From the NCBI GenBank assembly GCA_043809085.1, contig JAZDEG010000038.1, positions 5,350 through 69,349 of the forward strand: a stretch of 64,000 nt of DNA, read 5' to 3'. This document shows positions 30,954-40,965 of the stretch, in pieces (position 1 is the stretch's first letter; every line of letters begins with the position of its first letter). The DNA is from Pseudomonadota bacterium (GTDB taxonomy: Bacteria; Desulfobacterota; Desulfobulbia; Desulfobulbales; SURF-16). The notes under the pieces are model-generated. The model was not told the DNA's origin, made no database searches, and was given only the letters and a program-made list of their open reading frames with translations. The position numbers were made by a program, and so were the translations under genes.

Positions 30954-32147
30954 TTACTGGGCAACAACCGGTGTGTAGCGGATGACGATATTGTCGCCTG
31001 CGAATGTATCGGCAACGGTGATCCAGAAATTGAGCCCCAGATTTGCTGCATCTTCAATATAATCCATGTACATGGGGTTGGTGGCTTCACCGGCTGCAAC
31101 GGCTGCGATGGCCTCGGTAATGCTTGCGTATACAGGCTGCCCGAAAGCGGCTTCCAGATCACCAAGTACCTCGGGTGTGCCGGGGGTGTTGCCGCGGAAG
31201 GTTACCCAGGTGCCGTTGCAGGAGAGACCGTCAATGTCGTCTCCGGTGTGGGTGCCGACATGTGCAGGATTAGCGGAGTCGGCGCAGTTGCCCATCAGAT
31301 GGTTGTCGGTGTTGATGTCGCCGTCATCATCCCAGAAGATGGCGATAGGAGCTCCAGCGCTGTTTACCCATGGGCCGAAAACATTCGAGTAGGTTGAGGA
31401 GACACCGGCACTGGTGATGGTGTTTTCGTCAGCCACCATGGTAAAAATCATCCGCTCGACGGGATTGAAGTAGCCCGGTTCAGGGTGATATTTGTCAGCA
31501 GGTCCGGCCAGGCCTTGGGCAAAATTGGCGGAAAAAACAAGGTCTTTTTGCGTGGCGGTGGAGACCAGGGAGGTCCAGATTTTGCCTTTGTTGTCGGAAA
31601 ATCCCAGACCGTCGCTTGTCGTTGAAGGAACAAAATTACCGCTTGCGTCTCTGGTGCCCAGTTGAATAGTGAATCCGGACCACAGATCAGCGGCTGTGGC
31701 GTTGGTTAGTTTCTGCTCCATCCGGTAGGTGGTGGTGGGGCCGGCAATGACATGAAGATCTACATCCAACGGAGCGCTGACGGTATTTTTTACTTTGGCG
31801 CGCTTGCTGGACTGCAGAGGGTCGGAACACTGTTTGTCACTGAGGTCATAGGGGTTGTAACCGGTGGTCATGATGCAGTTGGAGCCGTCGACATCATCGT
31901 TGTTGACAACTTTGAGGCCATCCGGTTGGACGTCGCCATGTTTCCAGACAACCCGACCGTTGGTGGTTGTCATGGTGTCATCGAGATAGATGATACTATT
32001 ATAGGTGGTGAAATCCACATAGCCGCCAACGGGTTCAGGATCGGTAACAACAAGGGTTTTGTCCCACTCTGTGATGATTCCTGCGTTAGCTGAAGCTGAT
32101 ACCAGAAGTCCGAATGCCGCACTGATAAAGATTGTTTTTTTCATCAT
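30954..32147 (-). CDS. Secreted acidic protein resembling the choice-of-anchor F family
   Basis: Signal peptide (ASANA), CIMTTG...CSDPLQSSKR motif, GFTIQLG, YIEDAANL; family assignment is from memory. Confidence 0.55.
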   Translation of the reverse strand: MMKKTIFISAAFGLLVSASANAGIITEWDKTLVVTDPEPVGGYVDFTTYNSIIYLDDTMTTTNGRVVWKHGDVQPDGLKVVNNDDVDGSNCIMTTGYNPYDLSDKQCSDPLQSSKRAKVKNTVSAPLDVDLHVIAGPTTTYRMEQKLTNATAADLWSGFTIQLGTRDASGNFVPSTTSDGLGFSDNKGKIWTSLVSTATQKDLVFSANFAQGLAGPADKYHPEPGYFNPVERMIFTMVADENTITSAGVSSTYSNVFGPWVNSAGAPIAIFWDDDGDINTDNHLMGNCADSANPAHVGTHTGDDIDGLSCNGTWVTFRGNTPGTPEVLGDLEAAFGQPVYASITEAIAAVAAGEATNPMYMDYIEDAANLGLNFWITVADTFAGDNIVIRYTPVVAQ

Positions 32148-32298
32148 CGTTTCTCCATTCATAAAGTTGTGTTTCAGTTACGTTTTGAGGGTAACGTTAA
32201 AAGCAAAAGCGATTCAGTCGATGGATCAAGGAGTTTCTTTTAAAAAGGCCATTTTTAAATTTTTTTCACAGCTGCACTTCTCTTGGCCGTGCTAATTC

Positions 32299-32314
32299 AG
32301 CAATGTTGATGCCA
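32299..32314 (-). promoter_or_regulatory. Sigma54 (-24/-12) promoter
   Basis: Minus strand TGGCAT-CAACA-TTGCT matches TGGCAC-N5-TTGCW; about 150 bp upstream of the secreted protein gene, with an AT-rich tract upstream. Confidence 0.7.
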
Positions 32315-33037
32315 AAAGTTGCTTTTTGTAGTTATGTTTGGTGATTTTTTTATTTAACTAATTGTTTTAATTGTATTGATTTTTCAAAAAATTAATTAAA
32401 ATATTTTTTCCCTTTGTGTGGAAAGGGGAGTGGCCTCATCAGTTTCTGGTGGGTCGGTGGTCAGGAGTTGGCTTGATTGCAGCAGAAAAAAAGTTATGTA
32501 ACCATTTGAATTTGTCCCACATTGCAAATTGCCACTCGGTGGTGTTCGGGCGGATTGTCGGTATGCTGAATTGGTGGTCTGTGAGGGTGTTTTTTTTTGG
32601 AAAGCAGGATGGCTAAAAAAAATTATATTTTTCCGCAGTTTTTATTGTTCAGGAACGACAAAGTTGTTCCTCTCTCCCTGAGGCTTTTGGGGTCGATGAA
32701 GAAAAGATACAAAATATTCAGGTGGTATGATCTGCTTGCAAAAAATAATGATATTGAGGTACATTCGCCAGACTGGCGTCAAGACGATGTTCACTCTCCT
32801 GTGTCACCAAACTGGTCAACTGAATGGGGTGAAACTCACTTGTGCTAAAAAGCCAAGTATCTTCAGGGATTATTTAAGGGCTTGGTAAGTGTCTCTCCTG
32901 ATACCATGTTTTTTGCCATACCAATAAAAGGGCTCCGGTCGGGGGGAAATATCAATTTTATCGGCTTGGAGAAATGGATCGCGGGGCCCGTGGAAACCGT
33001 ATCTTGAAATTCCTGATGCTTTCTACAGGAGAACAGC

Positions 33038-34114
33038 ATGAAAACAATCCTTGTCACCGGCGGGGCGGGTTTTATCGGCACCAATCTGGTGCGTTATCTC
33101 CTAGAGTTCCGGCCGGATTTTCACATAGTCAATCTTGATGCGGTGACCTATGCCGGCAGACCCGGCAATATGGATGACCTGCCGGATAACAAGAAAAAGC
33201 GATACACCTTTGTTCATGGCGACATCCGGGATGCGCAGCTTCTTGATCGTCTTTTTTCTGACCACCGTTTTGCCGGTGTCATGCATCTGGCCGCCGAGTC
33301 CCATGTGGACCGGTCCATCACCGGCCCTGAAGCTTTTGTCGACAGCAACGTTGGCGGTACATTCCGCCTGCTTGAGGCGAGCCTGCGCTACTGGAAATCA
33401 GGAATTTGCCCGGATTTCCGCTTTCTCCATGTCTCAACGGACGAGGTCTACGGCAGTCTCGGCGTAACCGGTTTTTTCACCGAAAAGACCCCGTATGACC
33501 CATCCAGTCCCTACTCCGCATCCAAAGCGGCATCGGATCATTTTGTCAAAGCCTATCACCGCACTTACGGGTTGCCGGCTTTCATCACCAACTGCTCAAA
33601 TAATTATGGCCCTTATCAGTTCCCTGAGAAATTGATTCCTCTGATGCTCCTCAACATTGTTGAGGAAAAACCGCTTCCCGTTTATGGTGACGGCAGGAAC
33701 ATTCGTGATTGGCTCTATGTGGTTGATCACTGCGAAGCCCTGCTCACGGCTTTTGAAAAGGGGCGGCCCGGCGAGACCTACAATGTCGGTGGCGGCGCGG
33801 AGCGGACCAATATAGAGATCGTAACATCATTGTGCGAGATGATGGACGAGCGGCTCGGAAGATTTCCGGGGACATCGGCAAAACTCATCACCTATGTTGC
33901 TGACCGTCCGGGGCACGACCGTCGTTATGCCATCGATGCCGGTAAAATAAAAGAGGAACTGGGCTGGGCGCCGCAACATGCTTTTACAGTGGCCCTTGCC
34001 GAGACGGTGGACTGGTATCTGGAAAATATGGACTGGGTTGATTCCGTCCGTTCCGGAGAGTACCGGAACTGGCTTGAAAAGAATTACGCCAATCGAGGAA
34101 AGGTCTACGTATGA
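33038..34114 (+). CDS. rmlB: dTDP-glucose 4,6-dehydratase
   Basis: [41 protein letters not shown]. Confidence 0.96.
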   Translation: MKTILVTGGAGFIGTNLVRYLLEFRPDFHIVNLDAVTYAGRPGNMDDLPDNKKKRYTFVHGDIRDAQLLDRLFSDHRFAGVMHLAAESHVDRSITGPEAFVDSNVGGTFRLLEASLRYWKSGICPDFRFLHVSTDEVYGSLGVTGFFTEKTPYDPSSPYSASKAASDHFVKAYHRTYGLPAFITNCSNNYGPYQFPEKLIPLMLLNIVEEKPLPVYGDGRNIRDWLYVVDHCEALLTAFEKGRPGETYNVGGGAERTNIEIVTSLCEMMDERLGRFPGTSAKLITYVADRPGHDRRYAIDAGKIKEELGWAPQHAFTVALAETVDWYLENMDWVDSVRSGEYRNWLEKNYANRGKVYV

Positions 34115-34977
34115 AGGGAATTATCCTTGCGGGAGGATCCGGGACCAGGCTCTATCCGGTTACCATGGTGGTCAGCAAGCAGCTTCTGCCTATTTATGAC
34201 AAGCCCATGATCTATTATCCCCTTTCCGTGCTCATGCTGGGAGGGATTCGTGATATCCTGATCATCTCAACCCCGCATGATCTGCCCCTTTTTCAAAAGT
34301 TGCTGGGAGACGGCAGTCAATGGGGGCTTAATTTTTCGTATGCACTTCAGCCCAAGCCTGAAGGACTGGCCCAAGCCTTTATCTTGGGCCGGGATTTTAT
34401 CGGCAAAGAAAACGTCTGCATGATTCTCGGCGATAATATCTTTTACGGCCACGGACTGCCCGAGCAGCTTCACCGTGCCGTTTCCCGTCAGACCGGGGCG
34501 ACGATCTTCGGTTATCGGGTTGCAAACCCGAAACGGTATGGAGTGGCAAGTTTTGATGACACGGGGCGGGTTATCGATATTGAGGAAAAACCGGAAAACC
34601 CCAAATCAAATTATGCGGTGACCGGGCTTTATTTTTATGATAACCGGGTCTCTGATATCGCCGCCGGGGTCACGCCATCCGCCCGGGGAGAGCTTGAGAT
34701 CACTTCAGTGAACCGTGCGTATCTCGAAATGGGAGAATTGCACATGGAATTCCTGGGCCGCGGTTTTGCCTGGCTTGATACCGGAACCCATGAATCCATG
34801 CTTGAGGCGTCAAGGTATATTGAGGTCATTGAAAAGCGTCAGGGTTTGAAAATCTCCTGCGTCGAGGAGATCGCCTATCGAAAGGGCTATATTTCCGCCG
34901 AACAGATGGAAAAACTTGCCGAGCCGATGGCGAAAAACGGTTACGGACAATACCTTCTTGATGTGTTGAAGGAGTAA
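34111..34977 (+). CDS. rmlA: Glucose-1-phosphate thymidylyltransferase
   Basis: [36 protein letters not shown]. Confidence 0.97.
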   Translation: MKGIILAGGSGTRLYPVTMVVSKQLLPIYDKPMIYYPLSVLMLGGIRDILIISTPHDLPLFQKLLGDGSQWGLNFSYALQPKPEGLAQAFILGRDFIGKENVCMILGDNIFYGHGLPEQLHRAVSRQTGATIFGYRVANPKRYGVASFDDTGRVIDIEEKPENPKSNYAVTGLYFYDNRVSDIAAGVTPSARGELEITSVNRAYLEMGELHMEFLGRGFAWLDTGTHESMLEASRYIEVIEKRQGLKISCVEEIAYRKGYISAEQMEKLAEPMAKNGYGQYLLDVLKE

Positions 34978-34983
34978 TGCTGC

Positions 34984-35547
34984 ATGAAGATTGTTGAAAC
35001 AGAACTTCCTGGTGTATTGATCATTGAACCCCGGGTGTTCCGGGATGAGAGAGGGTTTTTTCTCGAAACCTTTCAGGCTGGCCGTTATGCCGAATCCGGC
35101 GTTGACCGGATTTTTGTTCAAGATAATCTTTCTTATTCCTGCAAGGGCACCCTGCGTGGCCTCCACTATCAGCTGAAAAGACCGCAGGCCAAACTTGTGC
35201 AGGCTATTACCGGATCAATTTTTGATGTAGCCGTTGATATTCGGCGAGGCTCGCCCACATTCGGCCATTGGGTCGGAGTTGAGCTTTCAGGGGAAAACTG
35301 TCGTCAGTTTTTTATCCCGGAAGGCTTTGCCCACGGATTTTGCGTGCTCAGCGAAACTGCTTATTTTTCCTATAAATGTTCCGATTTTTACGCCCCGGAT
35401 GATGAAGGGGGAATTCTCTATTCCGACCCCGCAATAGGTGTTGCCTGGCCGGTGGCGGAGCCTTTGCTTTCACCAAAGGATAAAAATCTCTCCCGCCTTG
35501 CGGATATTAATCCTGACAGGCTTCCCGTATACCAGGGGAAATCATGA
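34984..35547 (+). CDS. rmlC: dTDP-4-dehydrorhamnose 3,5-epimerase
   Basis: DERGFF, LRGLHYQ, PEGFAHGF. Confidence 0.96.
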   Translation: MKIVETELPGVLIIEPRVFRDERGFFLETFQAGRYAESGVDRIFVQDNLSYSCKGTLRGLHYQLKRPQAKLVQAITGSIFDVAVDIRRGSPTFGHWVGVELSGENCRQFFIPEGFAHGFCVLSETAYFSYKCSDFYAPDDEGGILYSDPAIGVAWPVAEPLLSPKDKNLSRLADINPDRLPVYQGKS

Positions 35548-36425
35548 AACTCCTTGTCACGGGAGCAAATGGGCAGGTGGGTTGGGAGCTGGTTCGTCGC
35601 GGTGAAGCGTATGGCTTTTCTGTTGACGGTTTTGATCGTGCCCGTTTGGATATCACCGATGAAAATTCGGTGAGCCATGCTCTTGCCGCAACTCTTCCTG
35701 ATCTGGTGATTAACGCCGCCGCCTATACCGCGGTAGACAAGGCGGAAAGTGATGCGGACGCCGCTTTTCGCGTCAACTGTGATGGCCCGGCAATTGTCGC
35801 CGCTGCCTGTGCCGGAGCCAATCTCCCCCTCATCCATCTTTCCACGGATTATGTTTTCGACGGCAGCGCCGTCCGGCCGTATCGGGAGGACGATCCGGTT
35901 GCTCCCCTGGGGGTATATGGCAGGAGCAAGGAGGCTGGTGAGGTCGAGGTGCGGAGACAGCTGCGGGAGCATATCATTCTTCGCACCGCCTGGGTTTATG
36001 GAGTGCATGGGCAAAATTTCGTTAAAACCATGGTGCGTCTGGGGCGGGAGCGCGAGGAGCTTGCCGTTGTCGCCGATCAGATCGGTTGCCCTACATGTGC
36101 CGCGGATCTCGCGGAGGCCATTCTTGTCGTTGCGGGGAAAGTTCTGCGCGAGGGAGAAAAACATTGGGGCACATATCATTGCTGCGGCAAGGGTGAGGCG
36201 AGTTGGTACCGGTTTGCCCGGGAAATTTTCGAGCTAGCCCGGGCTCATCAGGTAAACGTCAAGCTGAAGCACCTGAAACCGATCACCACAGCCGATTACC
36301 CGACGCCGGCAAGACGACCAATCAACTCACGCCTGGACTGTTCCCGCCTGCAACAGGTTTTTGGAATAGAGATGCCGGACTGGCGTGTCGGTTTGTCTTC
36401 CATGCTGAATGAGTTCTGCTTTTAG
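35544..36425 (+). CDS. rmlD: dTDP-4-dehydrorhamnose reductase
   Basis: TGANGQVG, NAAAYTAVDKAE, STDYVFDG, YGRSK. Confidence 0.96.
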   Translation: MKLLVTGANGQVGWELVRRGEAYGFSVDGFDRARLDITDENSVSHALAATLPDLVINAAAYTAVDKAESDADAAFRVNCDGPAIVAAACAGANLPLIHLSTDYVFDGSAVRPYREDDPVAPLGVYGRSKEAGEVEVRRQLREHIILRTAWVYGVHGQNFVKTMVRLGREREELAVVADQIGCPTCAADLAEAILVVAGKVLREGEKHWGTYHCCGKGEASWYRFAREIFELARAHQVNVKLKHLKPITTADYPTPARRPINSRLDCSRLQQVFGIEMPDWRVGLSSMLNEFCF

Positions 36426-36546
36426 CGTATATCCATTACGAAGAGTAACGGGCGCTTCTGATTTTGCGTTTTTAAAGCGTTCCGCAACCTTTTCCGGAGG
36501 CTGAATCTGTCAGCACGTGTTCTGTAGGATCATTGGGGCGGTTGTC

Positions 36547-37470
36547 CTAGCTTCCCTTGACTTCCTTCACGGTTGACATTGCCGTGGCGATAATTCCGGC
36601 GACGTCGGCCACATTGCTCGGCATGATGATTGTATTGTTTGTTTTGGCCAGATTGCCGAACTGGCTGATGTATTGTTCGGCCAACCGCATGTTGAGCGCC
36701 TCGATGCCGCCTTTTCCCTTGATGGCCTCGGCTACCTTATTGATGCCCTCGGCCGTGGCCATGGCGATGAGTTCGATCCGCTTCGCATCCGCTTCGGCGA
36801 TCAGCTTAACCTGCGAGGCCTTGCCTGCCGCCTCATTGATCTGCTTCTGCTTTTCCCCCTCGGACTGGTTGATCATGCTCTGCCGTAAACCCTCGGAAGT
36901 GGCTATATTCGCCCGCTTCTGGCGTTCGGCTGTCATCTGGGCCTCCATGGCCTCCTTCACCGATACGGGCGGCGTGATGTCCTTGATCTCGTAACGCAGC
37001 ACCTTCACCCCCCATGACATGGCAGCCTGGTCAATGGCGTCGATCACTTCGGTGTTGATTTTCTCACGTTCTTCGAAGGTTTTATCAAGGTCGATCTTGC
37101 CGATGGCGGAACGCAGGGTCGTCTGGGCGAGCTGGGACGCAGCGCGGAGATAGTTGTCGATGCCGTAGGCCGCCTTGTGGGCGTCTTGGATTTCCAGGTA
37201 GATAATGCCGTCCACCTCCACGCTGACGTTGTCCTTGGTGATACAGATTTGTGCCGGGATATCAACGACCTGTTCCTTGAGGCTGAAGGTGTACGCAGCC
37301 CGATCTACAAAGGGGATCAGAATGTGAAACCCCGCTTCGAGTGAGCGGTTGAATTTGCCGAGACGTTCGATGATGACTGCGCTCCTTTGGGGAACGATGA
37401 CTGCGCCCTTGATGAGCGTGACGATGAGCAGGACTGCGACTGCAATGAGGGCAATGAGTGTCGGAGTCAT
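36547..37470 (-). CDS. SPFH/stomatin-like protein (QmcA/SLP-2 type)
   Basis: IERLGKF, CITKDNV, LAQTTLRS, QMTAERQKRA. Confidence 0.93.
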   Translation of the reverse strand: MTPTLIALIAVAVLLIVTLIKGAVIVPQRSAVIIERLGKFNRSLEAGFHILIPFVDRAAYTFSLKEQVVDIPAQICITKDNVSVEVDGIIYLEIQDAHKAAYGIDNYLRAASQLAQTTLRSAIGKIDLDKTFEEREKINTEVIDAIDQAAMSWGVKVLRYEIKDITPPVSVKEAMEAQMTAERQKRANIATSEGLRQSMINQSEGEKQKQINEAAGKASQVKLIAEADAKRIELIAMATAEGINKVAEAIKGKGGIEALNMRLAEQYISQFGNLAKTNNTIIMPSNVADVAGIIATAMSTVKEVKGS

Positions 37471-37594
37471 AACAACGAATTCTCCTTTATGGTTTTCGTG
37501 ATCTGGAAAGTGATGATGTCAATGGACGCTGGAACACGACCGGGCAACCGGACAGGAGAACAAGATTCATAAATCCAGGGTCCGGATGTCTGTT

Positions 37595-38059
37595 TCAAAG
37601 AAGTTTGACACCCTTGAGTCTGAGGCAGGATCTGTTGGACTTGTCGACTCCAATAATTTCGGCCTCTGATCCGGCAGGGATATTCTCCTCCGAAACAGCG
37701 GTCCACATGGTGCCACGATAATGAACCCGTGCCTCTCGTCCCGGCTCCATGTCCTGGTCTATTTTGATCCGCGAGCCGACCGCCACGTTCCCCGTATCAT
37801 CGTTTGTCGACCCCTCGCTGTGCCCCACAAAGATACGCATGGCCATCTTGCGCAGGGTCACAAGCGAGGTCAGCGACACGATGAGAAAGGCGAATAGCTG
37901 GCTGGAGTAAGCGTCAGGAGCGATGGCCGCCACCAGCGCAGCGCCCAGACAGCCAAGCCCGAAAAAGACGATCACAAAGCCCGGGATGGCAAGTTCGGCG
38001 AGGATGATGGCGATACCGGCCAAAAACCAGATCAGCCATGGCGAGAAATCGATGGTCAT
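37595..38059 (-). CDS. NfeD-family membrane protein
   Basis: Three TM helices then OB-fold with RGTMWTA; upstream of SPFH gene. Confidence 0.88.
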   Translation of the reverse strand: MTIDFSPWLIWFLAGIAIILAELAIPGFVIVFFGLGCLGAALVAAIAPDAYSSQLFAFLIVSLTSLVTLRKMAMRIFVGHSEGSTNDDTGNVAVGSRIKIDQDMEPGREARVHYRGTMWTAVSEENIPAGSEAEIIGVDKSNRSCLRLKGVKLL

Positions 38060-38292
38060 GTATTGGCTCCTTGTCGGGACAGGCCGGGTATACTGTTCCG
38101 GGGTATTTGTTTAGAATGGCAGCGCAGCCGCCATATCTGTTTTTCCCTGTTTGTAATGCCGTTTAATGTCAAGAAATTGTAGCGAAAATGCGAGCCAATG
38201 GCAAGGGCGATCTCACGATGCTCGTCCGAAGGAAGCTGGAGCGCAAAACTATGAGCCGACGAACTAGAAAAGAAACAAGAAAAGGGGATTAG

Positions 38293-38982
38293 TTATTCTT
38301 TTTTTGGTCGCCCGGGACCCCGTAATTCAATCCTGCGACCTAACTTTTTTGAAACTTCTTTCTCAAATTTTTTATTGGCAGTTAACTGCCCTCGCTGGGT
38401 TGCCTCTCTGATCAACTTCAACTCCTCTTCCGGGACAGTATCACAAAGCCATTTTTTATATTTCCCAGCTCTTTCAACAGTTGTATTACCCAGATTCATG
38501 TAAAAAGGGTCCAAGTCGAGCCAAGGTAGTTCCTGGATACCGGTTTTTGCGGGACAACTGGACCAACGGTATTGAGTGGGCTCTTGCACCATTCCCGCAC
38601 GCACAGGATTAAGCTCAACATATCTGCAACAGGCAAGAAGGTATTCATTGGCGTTGATAGGGCTGGATTTGTAGCGTCCCTCCCAGAGAGAACCGGTTCG
38701 TTTTTCCATTTTATTGATATAACGAGTCTGCCGACCGGCAATGCGCTTCATCAGCATACCAAGGTTTTCAGTATTGTCTCCAGGATCAATCACCAGGTGC
38801 ACATGATTTGTCATGAGGCAAAAGGCGTATACTTTACATTGCAATCTGGTTTTCCATTCCCGAAGATTTTCAAGATAATAGAGATAGTCCTCTTCAGCAG
38901 CAAATATAACCTGTCGGTTATGCCCCCTCTGGATGATGTGATGTGGACAATTCGGCAGAACTATGCGTGATTGACGTGGCAT
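38293..38982 (-). CDS. REP-associated tyrosine transposase (Y1 HUH family)
   Basis: MPR..R start, HHIIQRGHNR, LMTNHVHL (HUH), WEGRYKS, YVELNPVRAG, YRWSS, C-terminal GRPKK. Confidence 0.92.
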   Translation of the reverse strand: MPRQSRIVLPNCPHHIIQRGHNRQVIFAAEEDYLYYLENLREWKTRLQCKVYAFCLMTNHVHLVIDPGDNTENLGMLMKRIAGRQTRYINKMEKRTGSLWEGRYKSSPINANEYLLACCRYVELNPVRAGMVQEPTQYRWSSCPAKTGIQELPWLDLDPFYMNLGNTTVERAGKYKKWLCDTVPEEELKLIREATQRGQLTANKKFEKEVSKKLGRRIELRGPGRPKKE

Positions 38983-38989
38983 GTAATAG

Positions 38990-39019
38990 AACGTAACACA
39001 GTGTACCCAGATATGTCAA
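38990..39019 (-). promoter_or_regulatory. Putative sigma70 promoter of the RAYT gene (likely leaderless)
   Basis: TTGACA-18 bp-TACGTT with TG extension; ATG only 7 nt after the -10 and no SD. Confidence 0.5.
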
Positions 39020-40293
39020 AAAAATAAATCTGTCCCCTTTTTTTCTTTTTGAAATTTAAAGAGTAATGGTAATCCAACAGCAATGAATACTGACCATGTT
39101 GAATAAACAGGTAGATAGCCTGCTACAATTCGATTCAGACTTTCTTGGTTGTATGTGGTTCTAAGTTGATTTATATATTCTTTTAGAATCAAAACTAAAT
39201 GAACAAAGATTAAAATATTTGCACCTGTAACCGATATTCTATTGGGAGTAATACCATATTCTGTAAGCCGGAATAATATTGCTGACAAAGCAATGATATT
39301 TATTATCAATGTAGTTGATACAAGTAAAGTGTTTATTGTATCAAAAAGTTTGGATGTTTTGGAATTTGATCGCCCAGAAATCGAAAAAATTGTGATTGCT
39401 AACACAATTATCAATAAGCCATTGAACATTATCAAAAAATTCCGATCTGTGTATGGACTTTTACCTTGATGCAAAATGGCCAACAAATATGAAATTACTG
39501 TGATTAAAAATAAAGGTGAAAATACATTAGCAATCAATGTAGCTAATTTACTGTCTCGACCTAGTACAGAGTCGTATATGTAAGTTGAAACTATTGGTGA
39601 TGCAACTAGCCCAAAAACTACAATGTAGCTCATATACCAATTTTCTATGGATAATCCTATTAACCCAAACAATCCAAATGTTAGAAATGTTAAAACAATT
39701 CCTCCTAGTAAAAGGATAGTACCGTAAATAAAAATTTCTCCAATATAACGAACAAAAAGTAACCTTGCATCTTGATCCATCCATTTTTCTCCCATGAATG
39801 AAAATGCAAGTAATGAAATCAATACCATTGGGATATGAATCTGAGACATAATTATGGACGCAGATTTTAAATCATGGGGGAGTAAAAACAATACAAAAGC
39901 ACACAAAGTAACACCAGTTAGTACCTTTATTCTTACTTGAATAGATTTTGTTGCTGTTCCAAGAAAATAGAAAATAAGTGCAGTTAGGATAACTAATGGA
40001 ACAAAACGAGGATAATACCAGTTCTCCATTATTGGGAAAAAATTGGGTAATTTTACAAGAATCCCGGATATCAAAGACAGTACAACAATAATTAGAATTG
40101 GTACTTTTTTCTTTTGATCTGAAATAGGTTGAACATAGTTTAAACGGACACTCCAGACTTTTAGAATATCTGATTCTGGATACTCATTTAGAGCTTCATT
40201 AAGCCAAACACGAAATTGTTTACGATTGTTCCGATATAGCTTTTCCAAGGTAGAAGGGCTATCAATCGAATTTATTATTAAATTTTTATTCAT
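39016..40293 (-). CDS. Cassette 9: polytopic membrane protein (DUF4153-like), 3' end fused to RAYT end motif
   Basis: About 11 TM helices, PYTDRNFLIMFN, YGITPNR..V.G.N; last residues KKKGTDLFF are encoded by the RAYT terminal motif; no attC follows. Confidence 0.75.
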   Translation of the reverse strand: MNKNLIINSIDSPSTLEKLYRNNRKQFRVWLNEALNEYPESDILKVWSVRLNYVQPISDQKKKVPILIIVVLSLISGILVKLPNFFPIMENWYYPRFVPLVILTALIFYFLGTATKSIQVRIKVLTGVTLCAFVLFLLPHDLKSASIIMSQIHIPMVLISLLAFSFMGEKWMDQDARLLFVRYIGEIFIYGTILLLGGIVLTFLTFGLFGLIGLSIENWYMSYIVVFGLVASPIVSTYIYDSVLGRDSKLATLIANVFSPLFLITVISYLLAILHQGKSPYTDRNFLIMFNGLLIIVLAITIFSISGRSNSKTSKLFDTINTLLVSTTLIINIIALSAILFRLTEYGITPNRISVTGANILIFVHLVLILKEYINQLRTTYNQESLNRIVAGYLPVYSTWSVFIAVGLPLLFKFQKEKKGTDLFF

Positions 40294-40300
40294 AGTAGAT

Positions 40301-40384
40301 GTCTAACGGTTGGCATCACCAGCCAGCCAATGTGATGGATCGGGAAACAATGCTCTTCTGGTCTGGTGGATGTGTTGGTTCTGT
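40301..40384 (-). repeat. attC site (3' of cassette 8)
   Basis: R'' ACAGAAC ... R' GTTAGAC on the minus strand with inner palindromic arms; 84 bp. Confidence 0.88.
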
Positions 40385-40408
40385 AATTTTATTACCATGG
40401 AGGATTAT

Positions 40409-40615
40409 ATGGAAAATTTTTTGCTTTTTAGAGTTCATTACGAGGATGGTCATGAATACAAAATATACCTGAACGGAAGAATTGAAGGATTCCCTGATGG
40501 AGCGATGATAACGAATTATGCCGCTCCTATGTTTGATAAATTAACCGCTCTTGCCAATAGGCCAGATACTCAAACAAGAGCCAGGCCCAGCGATAAACCT
40601 GAGACTGTCTCTTGA
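40409..40615 (+). CDS. Cassette 8: small antisense-oriented hypothetical protein (68 aa)
   Basis: GGAGG SD 5 nt before ATG; MENFLLFRVHYEDGHEYKIYLNG...; overlaps 3' end of the minus-strand ORF. Confidence 0.45.
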   Translation: MENFLLFRVHYEDGHEYKIYLNGRIEGFPDGAMITNYAAPMFDKLTALANRPDTQTRARPSDKPETVS

Positions 40616-40840
40616 TGGCTGTTCGCACTGGTTTGCCCCAAACATATCAGCAAGTGGTTTAGCTGAAGGCGTAAAATATGCGGTTACAATGTCTGTTTCT
40701 GGATCATATTTGGAATAAGCGCCCATGTCTTTAGGTGATCCGCAGGCAATATGAGTTGGCCAAAATAATTCTTGTATTTTTGTTGTCATGCTAAAAGATT
40801 CTACTCTATCGCCAAGTTCTAGTGAGTACCATTTGTCCAT
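40541..40840 (-). CDS. Cassette 8: hypothetical protein (99 aa)
   Basis: ATG with GGAGA SD, starting about 35 bp after the cassette R' box. Confidence 0.65.
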   Translation of the reverse strand: MDKWYSLELGDRVESFSMTTKIQELFWPTHIACGSPKDMGAYSKYDPETDIVTAYFTPSAKPLADMFGANQCEQPSRDSLRFIAGPGSCLSIWPIGKSG

Positions 40841-40874
40841 TTAGGGTTCTCCGGTCGGTAGTGATTATTTAAAT

Positions 40875-40965
40875 ACAGAACGCTTAGTATAACCAGGCCG
40901 CGCCTATGAGCTTACCGCGTAGCGCCGCCACCGTTCACGCGGTCTGGTTAATACTTTTGTTATGC
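40875..40965 (-). repeat. attC site (3' of cassette 7)
   Basis: R'' GCATAAC ... R' GTTCTGT; 91 bp; near-identical arms to attC at 41989. Confidence 0.9.

Larger units (their letters stand above)
38280..39044 (-). mobile_element. RAYT/Y1-transposase element bounded by imperfect inverted motifs
   Basis: Left AAAAGGGGATTAGTTATT (from 38280) versus reverse complement of right end AAAAGGGGACAGATTTATT (39021-39044), enclosing the transposase gene. Confidence 0.6.

Noticed and set aside
32416-32848. Short plus-strand ORFs (66 and 83 aa) in the region upstream of rmlB
   Set aside because: Non-ATG starts, no clear SD, no motifs; more likely regulatory DNA.
38100-38280. Residual attC or c-di-GMP riboswitch between nfeD and the RAYT gene
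   Set aside because: No AAC...GTT palindrome and only a partial GCAAAA match without the expected riboswitch stems.
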